A stretch of DNA of 64,000 nucleotides from Octopus sinensis (taxonomy: Eukaryota). Below the pieces are notes generated by a model, which did not search any database, had not been told where the DNA came from, and saw only the letters and a list, made by a program, of their open reading frames with translations. The number at the start of each line of letters is the position of its first letter. Positions within the stretch are counted from its first letter, which is position 1. The stretch spans positions 27,838,001-27,902,000 of the forward strand of contig NC_043012.1 in NCBI RefSeq assembly GCF_006345805.1, written 5' to 3'. Positions 11,855 through 23,589 of the stretch are shown here, piece after piece. Position numbers and translations under genes: made by a program.

Positions 11855-12012
11855 ATATGACATTCTCAGTTTCCCATAAAGACTTTGATCCAAATTCTGG
11901 AAGTCATGACTTTATAGCTAGTGTGACATGTGAAGAACTTGATGCCCTAAAATGTAATGCCCCAGCTATTATAGGAGATACTCTAATGAAAAAAATTCTG
12001 GAAATAAACCAA
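11855..12012 (+). CDS. NUP205: Nup205 exon (DMTFSVSHKDFDPNSGSHDFIASVTCEELDALKCNAPAIIGDTLMKKILEINQ)
   Basis: Acceptor TTCTTATTTTTAG, donor GTAAGA; 158 bp, phase 1 to 0; resembles vertebrate GESLQKKLLDIE. Confidence 0.92.
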
Positions 12013-12339
12013 GTAAGAGCATTTCAAAATGTATCCAACTACCATTATTTTACTTTTAGTGATATGTCTTTGTTTTGTTTCATAGCTGAGGGATTGCCTT
12101 TGAGAATACACACCTTTAAACAATTCTTTTGCAAATGTTTAAATTTTTCAAAATATTTAATCCACATTTAAACAAAAAAAGCATCCTATTCTGTAGTATA
12201 TCTTTAGTCAGTATAAACTGGTTCAGGCTACAGTCCTTGTAGAAGCTTGATAAATAGAAACTAATATGTATAATAGCTTCCAATTGGAGAATGTTTCTGA
12301 AGTTTCTGTTTATAAAAGTCACGTGTGGACAAAAGGTGG

Positions 12340-13180
12340 TGATGTGTAAATCATACCTAAATTAGAGAGGAGCGAAATGGAATATTTTCTGCATAAGAGT
12401 GTTTATATAGAGTGCAGTGACAAAGAAAGCTATTTGTGTTTAGAAGAGAGCATAACCAAATTCTGACAAGAAATTTGAGAGAACATAGGTTAGAAGATTT
12501 GATCAGTACAAGCTATGATATGGCTCTGTAAGAGACTGTTTGTCCAAGAAATAGAGAATAAATGGGTGCATTTTGGGGGAAGGTTCTTATGCTGAAATGA
12601 GTGAAGGGTTTTTTCAATGCCAAATGTTACAACATTGCTTTTATTGAATTAATCAACAGACTATTGAGTTTGATATATAATTATAGGGTTTTGTAGATCT
12701 GCTTATATGGGTGGTGTACTGGTTTGTTACAGAGATGGAAAGGAATTCTACATAATAAAAAGTGGTTGTTTATCATTTTTCATCACTTTTAAAGTGAGAA
12801 TAATAATCCAGTCATTGGCAAGATCAAAAAGGTTACTCTTTTTGAGAATGGTACATGTTGTCAAATATTTAATTATCAAAGGAGAAAAGTTGAGAGTTGA
12901 GTTGATACATGCCAGCATAGTAGTGAAAGCAGGTGCAGCTTAGAATTCATTGCCTTGAGATGAAGTAACTTCAGAAGTTTCTACACTTACTCATGCATTG
13001 ACACACTGGTGACTCAAGTATGAGGTAGTGTGTGTGTGTAGTGAGAATAGAAGCAAATTTAGTGGCTTTGTCTACAAATGTCAGTAATATGGCTGAGGGG
13101 AAATACTTTGAAGGAGCAACCTGTGTACTAAACATAATATGGTAGTCTTGAAAAACTTTGATCAACTGAAATTATGTAAG
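12340..13180 (-). mobile_element. Highly degenerate L2/CR1-group RT fragment
   Basis: Scattered RT-like stretches (PILKKSNLFDLANDW, LKVMKNDKQ) with many stops. Confidence 0.35.
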
Positions 13181-14297
13181 CAATTAGTTGATAAAACTGA
13201 TTCTATTCAATTATACGTAAACACGAGAGAGAGAAAGAGGTAGGGAATGCAGTGACACTGAGCTATGTAGCTAAGAAAAAATACCTCAAGGATGCATTCT
13301 GCATATTACATACTAATACAATAGGGTTTCACATGTGTAATATGTTTTAATATAGATGATATTCTTGATTGGCATCATTACATTCCTTCTGTTTCTTGAT
13401 CACTTTTTAGCCTTGCCAGCTAAATAGAAAATGGTTCACTGGGAATGTTTAATAAAACTGAAACCTGTTTGTTGCTTTAAACTAACTATACTGTTCCCAT
13501 ATTCTAGTCAATTGATCACATTGAAGGTGTCTCACTTCCTTGTTTAGATTTTAAACACTCCTAGGAGGTTTTTTTTTTTGTTTTTTTTTTAAAAATCTGT
13601 GAGTGTATTACTTTCAGTGGTAAAAGGAGTGTGTAATAGAAGATATTAATAGAGGAATAGAAAATAAAATGCTTGACTGCTGTTTAGGAAATAAGAAAAA
13701 TTACGAACATGAACTTAAGTCTCCCAGTTTATGATGAAATAGTTGTATGTCCTTGAAACAGATGCAGCTATCAAGGAGTTATTGTTAACTAAAATAGGAG
13801 GCCTGTCAGGTATTGAAAGTATCGAGTTGTTTAGATCATATTGTTAGTTGCTTACTCAGTTAAACAACAAGTGAAACAAAGTGCTATTCCAATGGCTAAT
13901 GTAACAGTATCATAGTTTGTTGTTGTCCATACAGCTATAGTACATGAATATGTGAGCCACCTGGGATGTTCACAGAAAGTGATAGAAAAAGACTAATCAA
14001 GAAAGAAGTTGAACATGTCTAGTTATATATATCAGAATACACAAATTATGTTGTATTGGCTTTGTTATTTACTTGCAAGTAAAAATTACAGTTCTACGGT
14101 TGTTAATCCTGTTCTTTCTTCTTTAACTTGGAATTTTGGCTCTAAAATACTTGAGTAAATCTTTATACAGACTTTAACAATTCATGTGGTGTGTTGTATA
14201 TTCTATAATTTAAAAAAATTTCCCACTAACATTTAAAGTCTCTTCTGATTTTTCTCTGAGAAATTGTAAATAGATCTGCAATGTATTTATTTTTCAG

Positions 14298-14390
14298 TGT
14301 TTTGGTAAAGCTCGAAGTCATTACAGTTTCGTTGGAGCAGTTGTTCGTCGAATCCGTCGATTGCTTAGACTCCATACATCAGATACTTGA
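14298..14390 (+). CDS. NUP205: Nup205 terminal coding exon (CFGKARSHYSFVGAVVRRIRRLLRLHTSDT*)
   Basis: Acceptor TATTTATTTTTCAG; resembles vertebrate C-terminus RSRYSFVQALVRRIRGLLR; TGA at 14388-14390. Confidence 0.93.
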   Translation, partial: CFGKARSHYSFVGAVVRRIRRLLRLHTSDT

Positions 14391-14421
14391 TATTTTTATA
14401 CTAATGAATATAATATTTGTG

Positions 14422-14427
14422 AATAAA
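14422..14427 (+). terminator. Candidate polyadenylation signal of NUP205
   Basis: AATAAA about 30 nt after the stop codon. Confidence 0.55.
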
Positions 14428-15046
14428 GATGCAGTATATTGAATCCTTTCTATGATGGTCTTTTGCTTTATTTTTTCTGTTTTTTATTTCTCTAAAATGA
14501 GGTAATGTCTACCACATTTTGAAGCCCTCCAAATGCCATACTTTGCTGTGGGCCTCACTCGAGCCTTGTATCAGCAACTGTTGAGGAATTAAATATTTTC
14601 TTATCCTGAAGGGAAAAAACCTTGCATTTGAGGTGTCCACAAGGGCTCGAGTTGAGTGCCACTTATGTTGAGGTGAAGGGTTGTGATGCAGTGATATCGT
14701 TTTGATATGAGTAGTGCTTCATCTTTTTTATTGTTAAAAGAAAGATGGTTAGCATAGAAAGATGCTCTCAAATTCTCCAGTTCTCTTTTTAGGGAATCAA
14801 TGCAGGTTTGGCATGTGGTGTCTATGTTGCTTGTGGATGATGCATGACCATGTTAACAATATAAACACAAGTACAAACTGTGACAAATATACACAAATGT
14901 ATGAGTAATGGGCTTTTACACACTTCTTGTTTATGAATACCACTAACAAGCTTTTGGTCAACTTTAGGCTATTGTAGTGAAATCGAACCCAAAAACTATA
15001 TGGTTGCAAAACAATCCTTTGAATAACAGCCTTATCTGAACCTGTT

Positions 15047-15159
15047 TCATAGTTCTATCAACTCTGCTACAGATATTGAGGCTCTATAGGGTACTGGTTG
15101 TAGCATTTGATTAAAAGGTGGAGATAAAGATGTATTCCATAGAGGACAACTAGAACTTC
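15047..15159 (-). CDS. Candidate terminal exon of the minus-strand gene (GSSSCPLWNTSLSPPFNQMLQPVPYRASISVAELIEL*)
   Basis: Strong acceptor TTGTTTGTGTTGCAG; open in phase 1; phase-compatible with 18769-18834; no homology recognised. Confidence 0.35.
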
Positions 15160-15294
15160 CTGCAACACAAACAACTGAGAGATGCAAACAAAATCTGTGG
15201 CTCAAGCATGCATTGAACAAATGATAGTAATTGAGGCTGGATTCTTTTTGTGCATTTATTTGTATGTATATATGGTGCATTTATTCGTGTGTGT

Positions 15295-15800
15295 ATATCT
15301 TTGTATATGTAAAATCTTTTCTGTCTGTCTGTTTGTGTGCTTATAACTCGAGTATTGTTCATCCGATCGCGCTGAAATTTTAAACATGGATACATGAGAG
15401 AGCGGGGCATTCTCTAATCTAAAAAGATTTTCAAAATCGTTAGTTTTAAAATGAGAATCGCTATTTGTGTAATCTTTTTGTCCTGTTTGTTCCGCCATTA
15501 TGAGTAATGTGTTACTCAGACAGGCGGCACATACCTTTTCGCTAGCAACAAGGGGAGTACAGGATGACAGTCAACCAAAACCGTCGCTATGCTGTCTCCC
15601 TTATGACGTCCAATTCCACTTGAAGTTGTATATATATTGTGTTAAGATTCGTTATCAATCAGTTATCTTTATTGAGAAGAAACAGTCAAAAGTAACCACC
15701 ACCAACAATCACCAAACATCTCCACTACTTAACACCGTCCAAGTTTACACCTTTACAGCTGACATGAAAAACTACTAATTAAGCAAAAAAAGAAAAAAAA
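15295..15800 (+). mobile_element. Possible non-autonomous Helitron/Helentron-like element
   Basis: Starts with (TCTG)n followed by ATAACTC...CCGATCGCGCTGAAATTTT, the layout of DINE-1/Lep1-like elements; CpG-rich relative to flanks. Confidence 0.35.
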
Positions 15801-16160
15801 ATTGATTGGTGTTAAAACGCATAAAATTTTGGGGTTAATGATCTTAATCTTTAGTTACAGTTTCTCATTAAAACTACATAATAGGCAGAATTGTCAGATT
15901 AAAACAGTAAGGTGTTTTAGGGAGATTTGGCTGCTATTTCTACCAGGTCTAGCTACCATCATTGGCTCATACATATATACATAAAATCGAAATAAAAAAG
16001 TCGTCAAATAAAAAAACCCAAAGTCCATGCAGTGTCTTGGGCAAAAAAAATTTCCAACCTTTTGTTTAATGCAAGCCCAAAGCAATCTCTTATCTCACAC
16101 TATTTCAGTATTATGTCTATTGTAATGTGAGATAATACTTTCAGTTTGAAAGAAGTCTGT

Positions 16161-16195
<35 letters not shown>

Positions 16196-16611
16196 TTTAT
16201 GCATATTCCAAAACCAAATTACACATTTTGACGTATGGAATATCAAAAGATTCAGTACTATTCTGGCTACAAATTAAACTTAATTTCCATTCACATATTT
16301 GCATTTCAAATATTTAACATTATAATGTTTTTCTTTCCCATAAATCAACTATCATAAACTTTTTATATTCTTACGTCACATTTTCTATATGTGTGTGTAC
16401 TTTAAAAGACATCAATCATCACGACACACACCTTCATTCGCTCACTTTATTTCTCTTTTTCACTCTCTTTCTCACTCTGACACACAATCGCACACGTGCA
16501 CACACACACACGTCCATTTCATATAGACGTACATACATCTTTCACTTTCTTTCTCTGTCCTTTTCACTTATTGCGTTATTAAGGTTCGTTATCCATCAAT
16601 TATCCTTATAA

Positions 16612-18140
16612 TGTAGCAGCATTATAGCTTAGATAATAGATAAAAGTATTACAAAGGTATTACATTGTTGGACCAGAGCATAAAAGTTATAGGGATTTTA
16701 TTGTCCAACTGATTAGTAACAGAATTAGACAAGCCATGTCCAGGGGTGCTGTCAGTAAGGTGAGAGTTAACCATGAGTACTGTGGTGAATTTAGTGTACA
16801 GGCAGGTGTACACTAGGGCTTGTTCTCAGTCTCCTCCAGGGCAGAACAGAAAATTTCAAGACTAGCTGCCTCTTGATAAACTTGTTTTCATAGTGGAATC
16901 TGTAACAGAATTAGAAAAGAAATTCCTAGTGTGGAAGTGACTCCTAGAATCAAAGGGCCTTAAAATTAACTTAGCAAAGACCAAAATTCTAGTAAGTATG
17001 AAAACTAGTAGGATTCTACTTCCTTCAAGTAAATAGCCCTGTTAAATATGTAGGAAAGGTGAAGGCAGGAATCCCATCTAGTGTACTCAGTGAAAGCTAT
17101 AGAGATACAAGAGAAGCAGTGGAATCACAGAGAAAGTAGTGCTCGTGCAGAGAATGCACCGGAGCCATAAACACTATAGATACATAGAGAATTGATTTTC
17201 TTGAATGCCTTGGAGACTCTCTAGAGATAGTAGAAAATTTCTGTTACCTAGGTGACCTAATTAGCTGTGGAGGAGGATATTCCAGAAGTGTAGTAGCTAG
17301 AATAAGAATAAGATGGAGAAAATCAGAGAGCTTTTACTTTAGTTGACAACAAAGGGTTTCCTTCTCTAAATGAAAGAAATATTGTATGATTTGTGTATGA
17401 ACTGCATTGTTACATGGTAGTGAGACACGGGTCCTAAATGCAGAGGACATGTTAAGACAATAGACGAATGAAACTAGTATGCTCTGTTGGATGTGCAGTG
17501 TCAGTGTGTATGTATGACCAAGTGCCAGTGTATTGAGAGAAAAGTTATCAGAGAAATCAGATGTAGTGTGGAAGAGAAAAGACTACACAGATTGGTCATG
17601 TGATGTGTATCAATGAAGATAGTTGAATAAAGAAGTGCTGAATGCTTAAAGTGGAAGTTGTGGAAATGATATCCTAATAGTGCCTTAGTAATGTTTTATG
17701 TGTAGGGCTCTGTCCCACCTCCAGTCTCTCAGCCCTATCAAGCATTTCTCCCACATCTCTATGAGATTCAGCTGCTGCAATCACCTGAGGGCAGAATACT
17801 ACATCTCCTCTCTTTCCTCCCTGCTCCTAAAACCTATTCTTTTTCTCATTACCATCCTTGCCTATTATTTCCACCAATCAGCTCCTTTCTGTGCCTTCAG
17901 CCAGTGCTCTCTCCCCGCTGCAATATTTCACCTTCAGCAACTCTCTTATCAGCAGTGACTCTCAATACATTCCCACATATTTATTATAGCATCTCCAAGC
18001 CGCTCCTTTCTACTTACTACAGTCACCTCAACCCCATCTCTTATGATCTCTCCTCACTCTTAGGAAACTTCCCTCAGTCCCTACTCATCCTATATACTCC
18101 TTTTGTACAATTTCACTTACTAGCAAATCTACCCATCAAT
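16612..18140 (+). mobile_element. Non-autonomous RTE derivative, copy 1
   Basis: RT-region relic lacking WELLYA (reads FKTSC-DKLVFIVES); shares its 5' leader with 36100-36280 (-). Confidence 0.7.
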
Positions 18141-18589
18141 GATGGAGGCATAAAATGAGGGAGGGAAGTCATAACAGCAGTATGTATTGAGAAATGTGTA
18201 AATGGACTTGACAGGTTACTGGGTGATGTCTTAGAGAAATCACATTATTATTGGTGACACAGCATTCTATTGCAGGAACTTAGTTTGCAACTAAGTGACA
18301 TGTGATGACAATTCACTCCTGAACTGAAATAGGTTCCTAGCCTCTGCGTCATGGATGGTTATGTGGACAACTAATAAAAACCAGAGCTTCCTTTGATCAC
18401 TATATATTTGTTTTTTCTTATATTGTTTTTTTTGATCACTATATAAGAAACAAATGTTATTTAGATAGCCTTTTATTTTAGTTGTTTACACTATTTTATG
18501 CTTGCTTATACTCTTATACATTAAAAGTTCACAAATATCCTTATCAAAAGGAATATGTTTCCTAATTTAAATAATGTCAATATGATTCT

Positions 18590-18760
18590 TTATAGATGGT
18601 ATTTTCTGTTTGGTTGACACCAATTACTGGAGTCCGTTGCTTTACTCATAGCTACGTATAACTGGTCAAGTGTGAACACCAGAGTGGGTAAAAATACACC
18701 TACATCTTGTTTGCTGTGAATGCATGAGCAGAATCTTTAGGGTTGCAAAATATGAAACTA
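18590..18760 (-). mobile_element. Helitron Pif1-like helicase C-terminal relic
   Basis: QDVGVFLPTLVFTLDQLYVAMSKAT resembles VGIYLPxPVFSHGQLYVAxSR. Confidence 0.55.
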
Positions 18761-18768
18761 AGACTTAC

Positions 18769-18834
18769 CTCTCACTGTTCTATGTAAATAAGGTCTGGAT
18801 TTTCTGGTACCATGGGTTATTTTGATTGACAAAA
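18769..18834 (-). CDS. Candidate symmetric phase-1 exon (LSIKITHGTRKSRPYLHRTVR)
   Basis: Acceptor TGTTTACATCTCAG, donor GAG|GTAAGT; 66 bp, open in one frame; abuts a Helitron relic, so may be chance or exonised TE. Confidence 0.3.
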
Positions 18835-19092
18835 CTGAGATGTAAACAACAGCCACTTTGATTAGCCATTTTGAATCCTGCTTGAGACTGACATGCTTCA
18901 ATATCCACTACATAATTACTCACACTTTTTCCATTTTATTTTCGCTATTAACTGTCCTTGTGACCCCCTTCGATGGGGCCATGAAAATCCAGAACTATTC
19001 ATGGTCGATGAATTTTTAATAAAAATGTGATGGTGGTTTATTGATTCAAAAATCAATATCCATGAAATAATTTCTAATTTTTTAATGCTAAA

Positions 19093-21200
19093 AATTATTG
19101 GGGCCCTGGGATATATAACACACTGCCTAAATACCAATCTTGAGAAATTAAGCTTCTCAAAACCAGAAAGAAAGCTATTATAATTCAAAAACTACAGATC
19201 CAATCTATCACTGAAACTGTATAAGTCTGTAAAACTTTCCAGAAGTTTATCATTTAAATACATATGAGCATGTCATACATACAAACAGGGTTTACAGAAA
19301 GTATAAACAACATCACAGAGAAACTGTCCCCTTAGAATATGCCTCTGCAATACTGTATTCTCTCAATGATAACACAGTCCCTCCTTGTGTTTAATTTCAA
19401 GATGGTGGCCCATGATGAAGTCAAGTCAGCTATGGCTTTGACTATGTTCACTGGAACTTTAGCAAGTTGAACGGCTTCTAGCATTCATGAGTGGGGAACA
19501 GAGTCCCACACCTCTGACTTTACAGTTTTGTTGATTAACAAATGTATGTATGCATGTTTGAGATTGTTCAGTTTTATTTCAAGATAGCTTGCCAATAGAG
19601 AAAGTGCTGCATTCTAACCTAGATTCAAGGCTCCTTCATTGGAATTTCAACATCAACAAGGTGTTTTTGTTAGTTTGTATGACATGCTCATATATATTTA
19701 AATGATAAACTTCTGGAAAATTTTACAGATTTTTACAATTCCAGTGATGGATTGGATCTGTAGTTTAATTTCACAAGATTGATATTTAGGCAGTGTGTTA
19801 CATATCCCAGGGCCCCAATAATTACAGGTATAAACCTGAACTTGTAATCTGGATAGAGTAACTGCAGATTTCTCAATAGTTCAGCATGGGTGTTCTCTTT
19901 TTCATTGATCTTCAGCTTTATGTTAACATCCGCTGGGCAGCTAATTTCCACAACTGTGCACAGTTTCTCTTCTCTATCCCAAATCATTATATCAGGTCTG
20001 TTGTGCTTACATTTTATTGAGGTTTTCACTGGGACATTCCACCAGTATTCCTTTTTATCATGAGAGTCTTATGGCCTCTACCATGCTGTGGGTTCTTATT
20101 TCTTTGTCCTTGGAGTTATCCTTCTGATGGATTTCATTATAGCGTATCTTAGCTACAACATTATGTCTCATCAGTAGATAATACTTTGATGACATTTTCG
20201 AACAACTGCTTATGATGTGGGTGATATCTTCAGTGTTAACTCCACAAAGTCATTAGTTATCTTATTTTACTGCTTTTCCTGCATTTCTATCCCTTTAGTG
20301 CATCAGGTACTTGGTTGTTATTCCCTGTTCCTGGATTGCAAATGTATACCCTTCAGTGGAAGATAGTAATCCAGCTATTGGTCCATGATAGACTGCTTTC
20401 AAGATCAAAGTTACTATCATCTCAGAGCTTTCTACTGACATATCCGTGCATAGTCTTCTGCTCATCTGATGATACATTGTGGTAGAGTTGTGTGACTTCT
20501 TTGGGCATGTATTCTAGGTTATCAGATAAAAAATGTTGTTCAAGGAGCTGCCTTCTAAGTCTTATGATGTTATCAGCCTCATTGGTCAGGGGATGGACTT
20601 TGACACTTGGTGGTTAAAAAAGGTTGCCAAAGGGATATGATACAACATTTGAAGACATTTTGGATCGATGTTAAGTGTCTGCTGCCTTGCTTTCGTTTTA
20701 GGTAGAGGTGGTCTACATTACTGTTGATGTGGAAATTATGTGTGCTTGTTAGTATTTTTCGAATTTTTACATCAATGGCTCAGATCTCACCAAGCATCCA
20801 ATCCAATCAAGCAACCCAAATGTTGGTATGAGCCACTGTTTTATTGAATGCAGAGAGTTCTGAGGTCTGAATTTTCTTTATTCGGCTGTAATATTCTTTA
20901 GTGACACGTGTTTTGTTACACGTGCCACTGTAAGATATATTTTCATCCACCCCTAGATACCTGTAACATTCCTCGTCAGATACAGGGGAAACAATCAAAT
21001 CATTAATGGAGATGTTACTAGTCTGGTTTATAGTTTGCCCCCTTTTCACTACCATATAACAACATTTATCCTAACAAAACTCCAACCCTACATCCTTTGA
21101 GAGTGTCGTAACTAGGTCAAGGCTCGTTTTCATCTCATGCATATTCTTTGCATAAAGTTTCAAGTCATCCACAAAGAAACAGTGTAAAATTTTGATGTAT
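19093..21200 (-). mobile_element. Rearranged Dong/R4-type (RT plus restriction-like endonuclease) LINE fragments
   Basis: FLVDDLKLYAK (~21170), CYRYLGVDENI, HNRPDIMIWDREEKLCTVVEISCP...PVIIGALG; RT piece at 19290-19545; a second 3' end on + at 19093-19283. Confidence 0.75.
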
Positions 21201-21513
21201 GTATCTAACTATGTACATATGTATAAGGGTCAGCTGAAAAGTTCATAGGGTGACCAAAATACTCTTATGGAACGTGATCAAATGATGTTTATTTTCCAAT
21301 AAGTGTTTTAATGATCTTAAAACTAAAAGAAAGACAAAAGACAGATGATTTTGCTACATTTTAATGCGTATAACAATACTACTACAACAATAACCAGCCT
21401 ACCTGAAATGACATTGTAATATTTACATATTGGCCAGGGGCACTTTCACATAAGCTGAAAAATAAGTTTCATTATTCAACTCCAACGTTTCTAGTTTTAT
21501 CCAATTCGAAATA

Positions 21514-22249
21514 CTAGATTTCTTCTTCAGACCCCAAAGACAATGCACTTTCTTGACTGGGAAGAGAACTATGTGCTTCACTGGTAGGATTGGAAGCAAT
21601 ATCACCCAAGGTTGATGATTTCCTTTGATTTGCTTGTAAAATAAATCTTTCCTCATTCGAATCCAGAGTCAAGGTATTTTTTTGGCACTGAAGGAAGTGC
21701 TGCTCTACAGTTTCTGCAACAGTCATCTTTTTCTGATCTGATCCTGAAGTTTCAGCAGTAGCAACTGAGATGCTGGACCCGTTATCAAGAGTTTGATGTC
21801 CATCAGTTACAGAGAGTATTGATAAGCATGAGTTTGTAAAACTATTTAAAGTTTCAATAAAAGATTGGTCATGCTTAACATCTGTTTTATTATTTAAGCC
21901 ATGTAGTGTCTGAGGGGAAGTTCTATCATTAGTGGTTTGTGACTGTTTACAAATGTCTTTTTGATTTGGACTAGAAAATGGAAATAATATAGAGGCAGGG
22001 TTTGAATTTGTTGTCATAAATTCATCTGGTAGATGTGTAGAATTCGATGTTTCAATTATCTTCTCTAAATTATCAGGTTTTTCGTAGAAGTGTTGTTTAC
22101 TTATGTAACTTCCTTCTAAATCAGTGAAAGATCTCTTCACTGTGTTTTCATCCATATCATCCAAAGGCTCTAAAGGGCAGCGGTAAACTGCAATGATTGT
22201 TGGAGACATTTTGGATTCTTGAAATGTTGATACTGTTGTCACATTGAAT
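21514..22249 (-). CDS. FN3-domain protein: end of FN3 domain plus long S/T-rich tail, stop at 21514-21516
   Basis: Acceptor TTCTCTTTTATTCTAACTAG; in frame with 22404-22500 giving LTYKFNVTTVSTFQESKMSPTII; 736-bp open frame; AATAAA on - near 21290. Confidence 0.8.
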
Positions 22250-22403
22250 CTAGTTAGAATAAAAGAGAATAATTTATTAAATATGATAAGGACATAAAGA
22301 AAGTGGAATAGTTAAATGAACATTATAACTAAAAAAAAACAATGAAATAATGAAAAAATACTATTAAATAAAACAATTAAAATTCTTTTTAATATTCACT
22401 TAC

Positions 22404-22500
22404 TTATAAGTTAATGATGGAATTAAGTCTGAAATTATAATTCTAGTCTGTGATTTAGGCACAAGAGCTTTTGGTTGCCCATTAACGTATATTTTGAAAC
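22404..22500 (-). CDS. FN3-domain protein exon (GFKIYVNGQPKALVPKSQTRIIISDLIPSLTYK)
   Basis: Acceptor TCTGTTGCAG, donor GTAAGT; 97 bp, phase 1 to 2; classic FN3 C-to-F strand pattern. Confidence 0.88.
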
Positions 22501-22762
22501 CTGCAACAGAAGATTTGAAAGATTTATAAAGAGCTTTTCAGAATCAATTTGCTTCCATAGAACTAGTAGTTGTGTTTAGTTTGTCTAACATTATGCAGTT
22601 ATGAAATAAATCTTCACCTGAGTAGACTGAAAGACAGTCAAAAGTGAATTTTCCCCACAACCAGATGAACATATATGAAGACAGGAGGAATACAAACTCC
22701 AGCAAACACACACACACATCCTACCTAGAAAAACTAATCATTTAGGGAAGGATGTTAATAAT

Positions 22763-23580
22763 ACAGGGTGTCCCAAAAGTCACTGATGGGTTTCAATTTT
22801 TAATAACTTCCTTAATTTTATAAATAAATGCATGAATCTTGATACAATATAAATGACATAATGGGAATTAATATGCACAAGTCAAATTTTGCAACACCAC
22901 AAAATCACATGAAAAATGACATCATTTAAATGACAGCCATTTTCAGCTTCGCACACCTGCGCTCTTTCCAAAACTTGCACCATTAATACCCACAAGAGTT
23001 TTAGATCTCACTTCTGATTTCTCTATTGGTGTTCTTCAGTTGCACCAGAGTCTTTGGCTTCTTGACGTAAACATTCTCTTTCAGGTATTCCCACTAGAAA
23101 AAATCTGGGCTAACCAGGTCTGCGTAACGTGAAGGCCAGTTGATATTGCCATAGTGGGAGATTATTCTCTCTCTCCAGAGCACTGCTGTAAAACCTGCAT
23201 TGTTTCTCTTGTGGTACGAGAGCAGTTGCCCCATCTTGCTGGAACCATGTGTAAGGTCTACTTTGAATGGCCGGATGCAAAAAGGTCTCAATCATGGATA
23301 ATGGAAAGAGAAGGTTTACGTCAACAGATTGGAGACCCAGGTGCGACTGAAGAACATTAATAGAGAAATCAGTGGAATGGGGTCTGAAATTCTTGAGGGT
23401 ATTATGGTGCAAGTTTTGGAAAGAGCAGGAGTGTGTGAAGCCAAAAATGACTGTCATTTAAGTGATGTCATTTTTTGTATGTGATGTAGTGAGGTTGCAA
23501 AATTTGACTTGTGCATATTAATTTCCAATATGTCCCTTATATTGTATCAAAATTGCATGCATTTATTTACCAACAGATAA
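22763..23580. mobile_element. Tc1/mariner-superfamily relic made of two outward-facing transposase 3' ends
   Basis: TA-CAGGGTGTCCCAAAAG terminus; WFQQDGATA and WPSRYADLVSPDFF on -; 22800-23080 is an inverted homologue of 23305-23580. Confidence 0.7.
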
Positions 23581-23589
23581 GACTGTTGG

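Noticed and set aside
11815-12171. 118-aa standalone ORF
   Set aside because: Only 11855-12012 is exon; the rest is intron read-through.
21514-22242. GTG start of the 242-aa ORF
   Set aside because: It is an internal Val; the frame enters through the acceptor at 22249.
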